This document shows positions 58,601 through 64,000 of a DNA stretch of 64,000 nucleotides, piece by piece. The translations under genes were made by a program, and so were the position numbers. The notes under the pieces are model-generated. The model was not told the origin of the DNA. It made no database searches and saw only the letters and a program-made list of their open reading frames with translations. Source of the DNA: a virus; the IMG/VR virus record IMGVR_UViG_3300045988_119743; one strand, written 5' to 3'. Numbering within the stretch: the stretch's first letter is position 1; each line of letters begins with the position of its first letter.

Positions 58601-59310
58601 TTCCACAAGAAATTACCGGTATCCTTAAAAAGCTTCTGACCAAAATTATAATCTTCTACCTCTTTCTTGTAATAATGGGGAAGAAGCATGTCTATTTGCT
58701 GGTCAAGATCACCTACAAACTTATCCATGTTAGTGTTTAACGCAGCTTTGTAACTTCCCTCAGATGCCATATTGATAAGTTTGTCAGGCAATGACACAAC
58801 TCCTTGTGCACCGTACAATGCGGATTTTAAAGCGAATTTGCCTACACCATTCCAAAACTTACTCCATCCGCTCTGTCTCCTGGCATAATAATCTTCATTG
58901 TTTATACCCGGAATATAGTTAGAATATTTTGTACGCCATACCCCATCATTACCCATCTGATGACTTTCACGGATACTTACCTTCGGTCCATAGGGATTAA
59001 GAGGCGGCGGGGCAGGTGTAGCCCCCCTGTAGCTGTTACGAGCCAGTGCCTCTGAGTAGCTGTTGCTTATCTCCTTGGCTATATACGGTTCTTCGTATTC
59101 GGCAGCAGCTATCCTTGATGCGTAATCCGGAAATTTAGGTTGGGCATACACACCTTCACCAGGCATATAATTAGGAACCAGAGGCGTTGTCGTCTCTGGT
59201 AATGTAGCCGGAGTGTAATTCTCTTCTTCGGCTAATTTCCTTTGCCTTGCCACATCTTCGTAAGTGGTTTTAGCAGCAGGATTATATCTATCTATATTAT
59301 TGTCAGCCAT
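52669..59310 (-). CDS. giant virion-associated protein (2213 aa)
   Basis: Uninterrupted 6.6-kb ORF with an internal acidic/Gly low-complexity linker (AEEDGDKKGDGKREGQPRDDGKAEGD). Overlaps the upstream 1019-aa gene by 8 nt. Confidence 0.8.
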   Translation of the reverse strand: MADNNIDRYNPAAKTTYEDVARQRKLAEEENYTPATLPETTTPLVPNYMPGEGVYAQPKFPDYASRIAAAEYEEPYIAKEISNSYSEALARNSYRGATPAPPPLNPYGPKVSIRESHQMGNDGVWRTKYSNYIPGINNEDYYARRQSGWSKFWNGVGKFALKSALYGAQGVVSLPDKLINMASEGSYKAALNTNMDKFVGDLDQQIDMLLPHYYKKEVEDYNFGQKLFKDTGNFLWNDVLGNGMSFTVGAMISAYMTGGLGVGSLGNIGAKLGGRIGAKLAARQAANRGIGSLKSVFNDYVRKGVATGRNVGEAAKTMTLLATSAGFESSVEANSFMKQSESDFKDYYRKIYGRDPNAEEMAVFRNSNADVGSAIFAANMGIVGLSNWLLFGKYIGLGGKAIPGLEKRLNKHLFGLGTEVAKPGEMAIKITNPNIGQKIAGNVFNIMKRPVSEGLWEEGSQGAVQNTAEEYVKSRYDNVAMNGAVDVLDAISEGFKKQYTSKEGWTEIGIGAIIGSLFGMREGFFGVKEYSNSQILLERQVNEYNKASSNLNTAALNTLKKSMSLGPQVRSDAQSMTGKELDDAMFEKMSIDNQMGTLEDSAENFRQMIDMMPISEIAEANGMSLEEAKKYKDSIIDNYNNRLSDFRSAQSFAEDLIGDDSKIEFRKYVARNAFLGLQSESRMKDIASVIETLSGQPRVADALSTFSRLSDRARERAMAIRGIRSRIEELESEIEDLATRPRNVEGKDPQAESIQRKTKELESLRTNYNNSLSELSTLIGKEFSIEELVSKTESVLSSPLSPISSQDVIEAYDTLVAFDDYFNVKSRQEKKFTAKDKAMRSLVNEYRRSLMDYRNMNNFLSKMLDKRFLAEENRGFSKALSSLWSTPYKGDDKVPDFAESNKVGEYDTDEVVDQAVSEGKISEDEAWTIKAFMHALDKVREDRMKEAEDDIKESPLTESVSDEDYEAAMDNPIMVPAVRQSIIDKLYTGNADLLTEREKDVYDKYKQDFDDYVSSLGDSPVNLIKSLSEKADRLTSPRSVYEDNKAIIDMAKSNLEPDQRKELDDAISSYVDIMNRRDKGEKVDEDKLADSVFTIEDLGQVGNITDLLPYIEQNRIIDKGRISESTLSNFGEDDANIDSLVNELDESDNTPGANIDSAQNPETLMVRRISNDGNERYEIAGLRADKFISSIKSLVPIQISSETNANGTKRYSLNIGGETATIIELPYHARWSIDKESARVLNRYTDVSIQDVGNSYSLVYKRLDSDELVPYRTGVGFGENEVDKIDQEALSSLKKGDKVNLEIDANDTYNQSLFAEYNDAVQSGDKKRIESAENKLVSNMVIKVMSGNRFVSVVKADTGGIDGISKIRRTAFNKWKKDAGRSATINVGTHVVAQTLPGRPVFNMRVNGQGYGQVENLPITEKGAEKVSDVGYVLNGKVVLKNGSKYTGFPFAYSILNDKGNNYKNVRVPVVVIKGKNGLNYLFPVSLRSVESEEGKKWISFIDMLLESGDSELLQMGQDDIQDLNAYLTKLGLDPASYQVSYLNPISGLRKAREAIEKLSTVPDVVKWVEDESRNVKDIVMSEVESGIDFEGEMFVAPKIRIQFGKSSSRPKSLIEDDLPFSDEGKTVTSKEDVDVYEEEMPEEGAVRETQPAPLAQPTPAAQAARSLPGKKRTSRKNFSLMLNEIESHIEKEGLPPYANIFDFIARKIVGGDLRFLRERGNPKSLKEEMGLEPKGTVGDKISTPSSKGGKTLEEYVSWLRSQTDQVVVDYVGPRSDEQIISELKNFLKYINFVPSKALNYSLRVNGMDTLKEYGTKEEVEKMESDINSLVSEVLPTVDNQTVEDVSTAIELNNLPAIWRPMESLDMTNEEKIEFLNNVADFLSGIPEYDAVVESIESESDNILNDGKEGSAEGGAVRAEEDGDKKGDGKREGQPRDDGKAEGDVYLPGSEEGRVDNYKKNGDKFSDIAEVTLWLLRRAAGITSIPEGEEVYVEGDEVNSIMTDMESRYGIDTINHSHTTKAIRDLNGVSGYKVEYGLTFLTYDPFIRISNPRKESKAEKDEPRISEEPLTHISRVTTPYFLYGGDEAYTSVPAKVEPIPEKIMGRNGIKFGMSVVELTKLGYKKAGGNWIYKFYMNSGVYDLYNISTGEAFRVKPDLGVKISSSAFIRSLSQSGRKIQNMMSNMSQEEIDRNKNLVEGSDNSDSINELNKEC

Positions 59311-62300
59311 AAATTTTCTGCAAAAAATCGTTCAACTTACTAAACTTGTCATTCATATTGGGCGTGATATTTATTCCTCTCATATACGGATCCCTCATCT
59401 GATCAAGACGTTCTTGAACAGCCTCCTTCACGTATTTTACAAAGAAGTACTGAGGACACTTCTGGTGAATGCTATTCCAGTAATCCGCATACTCATCATT
59501 ACCTGGATCCAAAGGAACAAAATCCGAGAACAACAATGCAGGATTTTTAGAATTTTTAGTCCTTTTGTCATAGAAATTGACCGCTACCTCTCTTGAACCC
59601 CTGTCATCCATTCCCTCCAACTGAACTGATATGTTATCAGACATGTCAATAAAATTATCAACAAGGGTTTTAACAACATTCATTTCTTCTGGCTTAAGGT
59701 AAGAACCATGAACCTTTACTATATCATAAAGATCATTCTTAACATCAGCCTTAGAAGCCAAACGGGGAAGACCATTACGTATAAGATACTTATCATAAGA
59801 ATAACCTTCCTTCTTTCCGGTATCTACAAAATCACAGGTTCCAAAACTTGATTTGTAACCATCCACCGGATAATTACGCTCCTCGACCGAAGGATCTATA
59901 CCCGCCTTAAGAAGCTCGTCATTCGTAATCTCAACCCTTTCTGTAACATAAGAATTTTTACCGGAACCTACTTGAGCAGTCAAGAATCTTCTAACAGTGC
60001 CATTATCTATCTCGGCATCCATATTAATGGCATTAATAGCAGTAGGATCCAGATTATTTACCTTTCCTGCCATGTAACCAGACAATCTTCTAAACTGAGC
60101 CTTCTGCAAAGACTTTTCCGGTGAATCGGCATTCCAATTGTATCTTTTGTAAGAATCAAGGTAATGATACTGAGATAACTTATCAGAAATCTGATCAGGA
60201 GATACAGACATTTTTATCTCATCCTGCATCTGACCTGCTATCATATCAGACACTCTACTGTTTTTCTCAGCATATCTTAGCTGGGTAATAGTTAATGGTT
60301 CACCTTCCTGATAATCTTTTAAATCTATATCACCATCCTTATCTATGGTCATATAATCTGATATATTAAAATCAGGATCGCCGTTGAGTTTCTTCATTCC
60401 ATTAATAAGAGCCAATGTACCAGTAGAAGAACCATTATTCTCGCTTGTAATAGCATCAGATATGTTTTTCCCCAACTTGCCGGCACTCGCCTTAGCTCCT
60501 AATGACGGAGATATAGCACTAAGAATATCTATTCCTCTTGAAGGGTCCATCATGTATTCTCTGAACCCTACGGCATCAGATACACCAGTTGTTATGGCTG
60601 TGGCGAGCAGGAAGGCTCCAGCCTTATCATCTGTATCGGTAAGATTTATAAAAGAATTTCCTTTCATAAACTTAGCATTACGAACTTTACTGATAATATC
60701 CTTATTTTTTTTAGTAACTATATTATCTATTTGATAATCAGTTATGTTATTTATAGCCTTTGTAGCTCCATTTGCCTTAGAATCAGAAAGAAGTAAAGCA
60801 TCATAAGCTTCAGACAATCTGTTATTTCCTTGTCCAAAATATCCGTTTTTCTGACCTCCATTATTTTTTAAATAAGAATATATCCGTTCTTCAGGAGTCA
60901 TATTAGCATACAATCCTGGGTCAGTTTTTTCTTCTTCGTATGATGCTGCAACGATATTACTTCTGTCTGTAGGAGATAATGAATTATATAATTTCAATAA
61001 ATTTGCTCTACGCTCTGTGGAAGAAGATGTGAGTTGTTCATAAGGGATATTAGCCAAATTAACAGATCCTATCTTACCCGTTCCAGAATTGATAGCCGTA
61101 GGCCCGTCCATAGGAGCCATCGGCACTCCTACACCGCCTGCTCCTCTTGTGCCTCCGGATGAGCTTTCAGTGCCCATCTTGGAACCGTAAGTACGCATGT
61201 ATTCGGTTTCAATCTCAGCCTGTGCAAGTTGCTCTTTTGCCAACGATATTTCAACCATAGACTTAGCATTATCAGTCAAAAACTTTTGCTGAGCCCTATC
61301 CTCTGCCAACCTTGCAAAATAAAGATCATCTTTCTTCCTTTCAAAACTTGTATTGTCGTATCTCCATGCATCAGTCATCTTATCGAAAAGATTATTGGTA
61401 ACAACAAAATTAGCAGCCGCTACCGGATCTGATGAAGCTATTATCATATCTGCCTCCCTCTTGGCTTCTGCTTTCTGATTTTTAGCTTCCTGTATCTGAC
61501 TGTCAATACGATCAATAATATCCTTATTATCCCCTACTGATTTCTTTTTTGCTTCCAATGCTCCTATGTGCCTATCGTATCTTTCGACATAAGACCCAAT
61601 GTATTGACTAACCAAATCCGGATTACTGAACACCGGATTGGTAGCTGCCATGTATGATGCTTCTATTCTCATCTGATTCCTCATGTTTTCAGATAAGTTA
61701 GCAGACACAAAATTCCTTATCTGGGAATCAGTAAGCTCATCTACGTTGACTTCTATGATTCCACCAGTAGGATTACCTTTAACATCATATTCTGTTGTCT
61801 GAATCTTCTTGCCTTCGTTGTTTTTCCTAAAATCACTGACCAGCTTATTTATCTCCTTAGTATAATCGACATAAGGAGAATAATGAAGACCTCCCAACCT
61901 TGATCCTGCTTTACCATCTGACCTCCATTTGTAATAAGGGTCCAAAGCATGCCATTCATTAATAGGAGAATAAAGTTCAGGATGATTCTGTTTTATAGAT
62001 TCTATTTCCTTCATAACCCTCTTGCCTTCTTTTGTGCCGGCAATCGCGTTAATGACCGTATCATCTAACACCGAACTTATCTCTCCTTGTATGGCTCTCG
62101 TAACACCATCAGAAGAAAGATCCACGCCTTTGAATTTTTGATTGATGTTAGCAATCACACCTGACATCTTATCTTCCATATAAGCGCGGGCTTCAGGCTT
62201 ATCTATCTCTTGACCCATAAGATAATCTACCTGGGTATAGATCTTTTCACGAGCAGCATCAACCTTCTGCTGTTTGTACATCATGACGTCCTTAACAAGA

Positions 62301-62362
62301 TCTATGTTGTAAGGACTAACATACGGGGCATATTGCCTTAAAATACTATACTGTGAAGCCAC
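59303..62362 (-). CDS. large virion-module protein (1019 aa)
   Basis: Uninterrupted 3-kb ORF; ATGA-type overlap with the upstream gene at 62362. Confidence 0.75.
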   Translation of the reverse strand: MASQYSILRQYAPYVSPYNIDLVKDVMMYKQQKVDAAREKIYTQVDYLMGQEIDKPEARAYMEDKMSGVIANINQKFKGVDLSSDGVTRAIQGEISSVLDDTVINAIAGTKEGKRVMKEIESIKQNHPELYSPINEWHALDPYYKWRSDGKAGSRLGGLHYSPYVDYTKEINKLVSDFRKNNEGKKIQTTEYDVKGNPTGGIIEVNVDELTDSQIRNFVSANLSENMRNQMRIEASYMAATNPVFSNPDLVSQYIGSYVERYDRHIGALEAKKKSVGDNKDIIDRIDSQIQEAKNQKAEAKREADMIIASSDPVAAANFVVTNNLFDKMTDAWRYDNTSFERKKDDLYFARLAEDRAQQKFLTDNAKSMVEISLAKEQLAQAEIETEYMRTYGSKMGTESSSGGTRGAGGVGVPMAPMDGPTAINSGTGKIGSVNLANIPYEQLTSSSTERRANLLKLYNSLSPTDRSNIVAASYEEEKTDPGLYANMTPEERIYSYLKNNGGQKNGYFGQGNNRLSEAYDALLLSDSKANGATKAINNITDYQIDNIVTKKNKDIISKVRNAKFMKGNSFINLTDTDDKAGAFLLATAITTGVSDAVGFREYMMDPSRGIDILSAISPSLGAKASAGKLGKNISDAITSENNGSSTGTLALINGMKKLNGDPDFNISDYMTIDKDGDIDLKDYQEGEPLTITQLRYAEKNSRVSDMIAGQMQDEIKMSVSPDQISDKLSQYHYLDSYKRYNWNADSPEKSLQKAQFRRLSGYMAGKVNNLDPTAINAINMDAEIDNGTVRRFLTAQVGSGKNSYVTERVEITNDELLKAGIDPSVEERNYPVDGYKSSFGTCDFVDTGKKEGYSYDKYLIRNGLPRLASKADVKNDLYDIVKVHGSYLKPEEMNVVKTLVDNFIDMSDNISVQLEGMDDRGSREVAVNFYDKRTKNSKNPALLFSDFVPLDPGNDEYADYWNSIHQKCPQYFFVKYVKEAVQERLDQMRDPYMRGINITPNMNDKFSKLNDFLQKIYG

Positions 62363-64000
62363 TATTTGGTCCTCCTTCTTCTTTTAATTTCATCATCTTC
62401 TTCATTTAAACTTCTCAAGTAAGGTGTGGAATAATCACCCATATTCATCACATCCTGATTACCTTGAACGTAAATAATTTGACCACTTGGAAGCATTCTC
62501 ATATTTGGAGCTATGGAAGCTATGGTATTCAACGATGTACGAACATTGAACTTATTCTGTATCTCGCTGTTTATACTATCATAATAACGAGCAAGATTTT
62601 CATCCCTTATAGCCATAGCCTTCAATAATCCAGATTCATAACGTTGCCTTTCCGCTATGTTCTTATCGTCTGTCTGAACATAAGCCATTTCATTGAATCT
62701 ATCAGCTTCGTTTATTTGCCTTGCGTTATTGAAATTTACTTCGTTAATGTACTTGGCTATATTGCTTCCGGCTATGGCGTTCATATTAGCCAGAATAGCG
62801 GAGCGCTGGGAGTCGGGCACGTCACCTACTGCGTCCAACTGAGCCGATGTCGCGCGGTTGAGCTCGTTGATATACTGATCAGCAGATTGCAGAACAGGAT
62901 CTATTCTCGGAGCCTGATGCCTTTCCAATCCCTCTATCTCTAATCCGGTATCAAGCATCCTCAACATCTCAGGGAATATAGGACCTGATAAAGCAGGATT
63001 GACACCTTTTCTTCCTTTTGTATCATCTTCTTCCTCAGCTTCCGTTTCTACAGTAGTATTAATAACAGGATTTTCTTTCTTCACTTCTATCCTGCCTGGA
63101 GAACCTGGGTTGGGAGATTTAGCGCCGGTTCCTACAGGTTCAGCTTCTATAGGTTTTGATGCCGGATTTACGGCTTCTAAAACAAAGTCTGTTTCTAACA
63201 TCAAACCGCTATCTTTTAAAGCAGCAAACTTATTATAATCGGCACCCAGAATCTTCTTAGCTGCATCAGATTTATCACCAAATAAGTCAACATAATTCTT
63301 TATCCCTTTTTCGTTCAACAATCTCTTTTGTTCAGGAGTAACTACATCCAATCCATAAAATGATCTGGTTGCCGTAGTTTGCCCAAATTTGTCATCTACG
63401 GCAAATGAGTTATATGCCGATTTACTTCCTTGGTCGTACTTACCAGCATCTTCTCCCCAAAATCCGTATTCGTCTCTAAATTTCTTGGCTTTTTCGGCAT
63501 TGGCTATAGCACCTGATTCTGCCAAAGCCCATAGGTTGTTTAGTTGGCTATTGTATCCAGTCTGGAATCCTTCTGTATTAAAATCTCCATCCGTATTGTA
63601 TTTATTAGCCCAACGGTTAATATCAAGCAAATTAGAAATAGCTTTGTTGTTTACCCTACCATAACCGGAACTGCTTCTGTGTTGCAGATTTTGATTAGAA
63701 TTTACACCAGAATCAGGATTAAGGATCTGCTCTCTGTCTGCAACATCTACTATAGACATATTAAGAGCACGTCCAAACTGCTTCATTAAAAGCTGCTGTA
63801 CTTTCTTACCCCACTCTATTTGCTCTTTGGTAGGGCCGCCTTCAGCCATTTTCCTAACTCTCTTTACATACTCATCGTATATCCAATTTTTAGCATCAGA
63901 TTCAGATACGTTAAGAGCCTTAGCCTGCTTTCTTACGGCATTTAAATCAACCTTTCCGCCATCTCTAAAGAAAGCATCTATCTTTTCTTGGCGCTTGGAT
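62362..64000 (-). CDS. virion-module protein, probably 5'-truncated by the window end
   Basis: The track gives 62362..63849 (495 aa, MAEGG...). However, the same frame stays open with no stop from 63850 to 64000 (..SKRQEKIDAFFRDGGKVDLNAVRKQAKALNVSESDAKNWIYDEYVKRVRKMAEGG), so the real start may lie beyond the window. Confidence 0.55.
   Translation of the reverse strand, partial: SKRQEKIDAFFRDGGKVDLNAVRKQAKALNVSESDAKNWIYDEYVKRVRKMAEGGPTKEQIEWGKKVQQLLMKQFGRALNMSIVDVADREQILNPDSGVNSNQNLQHRSSSGYGRVNNKAISNLLDINRWANKYNTDGDFNTEGFQTGYNSQLNNLWALAESGAIANAEKAKKFRDEYGFWGEDAGKYDQGSKSAYNSFAVDDKFGQTTATRSFYGLDVVTPEQKRLLNEKGIKNYVDLFGDKSDAAKKILGADYNKFAALKDSGLMLETDFVLEAVNPASKPIEAEPVGTGAKSPNPGSPGRIEVKKENPVINTTVETEAEEEDDTKGRKGVNPALSGPIFPEMLRMLDTGLEIEGLERHQAPRIDPVLQSADQYINELNRATSAQLDAVGDVPDSQRSAILANMNAIAGSNIAKYINEVNFNNARQINEADRFNEMAYVQTDDKNIAERQRYESGLLKAMAIRDENLARYYDSINSEIQNKFNVRTSLNTIASIAPNMRMLPSGQIIYVQGNQDVMNMGDYSTPYLRSLNEEDDEIKRRRRTK

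Noticed and set aside
53492-58639. Multiple 60-120 aa plus-strand ORFs inside the 2213-aa minus-strand gene
   Set aside because: Same reasoning: antisense shadow ORFs.
52669-59310. Virion RNA polymerase assignment for the 2213-aa protein based on a DGD tripeptide
   Set aside because: The only DGD-like stretch sits in an acidic low-complexity linker, not in a DPBB-like context. Size alone is insufficient.

Overview
This 64 kb window is an AT-rich (roughly 35-38% GC by eye) segment of a large tailed dsDNA phage genome. Its architecture, with many small genes, no Shine-Dalgarno sequences and three giant minus-strand genes, is most consistent with a Bacteroidota-infecting crAss-like (Crassvirales-type) phage; that assignment is inference. 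The window opens inside an IS200/IS605-family tnpB gene on the minus strand (1-495, continuing beyond the window edge).

Positions ~870-33,600 are a plus-strand early/replication module. It encodes a zinc-finger/Toprim primase, a DnaB-like helicase, an SF2 DEAH helicase, two RecB-family nucleases (one Cas4-like with an Fe-S cysteine cluster), a Dam-type N6-adenine methyltransferase split by a frameshift, a Dcm-type C5-cytosine methyltransferase, a CCA-adding-enzyme-like nucleotidyltransferase, a compact ABC-type ATPase, tandem paralogs, a lipoprotein and many small hypothetical proteins.

The most unusual cargo is an apparently co-transcribed acyl-carrier-protein / NfeD-like / flotillin (SPFH, YqiK-like) operon at ~22.05-24.5 kb.

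A bidirectional hairpin at ~33.66 kb separates this module from a minus-strand late/virion module (33.8-64 kb). That module holds giant proteins of 2140, 2213 and 1019 aa, a 758-aa protein, a Bro-N/ANT antirepressor-like protein, an RG-rich protein, a Q/N/Cys-rich membrane protein and other ORFs. The last gene runs past the window end.

Structure not explained by genes includes: (i) about 15 short (60-120 nt) GC-rich, synonymously GC-recoded islands embedded in-frame in unrelated genes on both strands; (ii) a tandem cassette architecture [A-gene-B][A-gene-B] at 51.4-52.7 kb built from duplicated junction modules that carry truncated start-codon stubs; and (iii) structured intergenic hubs at 9.6-9.9 kb and 44.2-44.6 kb. 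No rRNA or CRISPR array was found, and no convincing tRNA.
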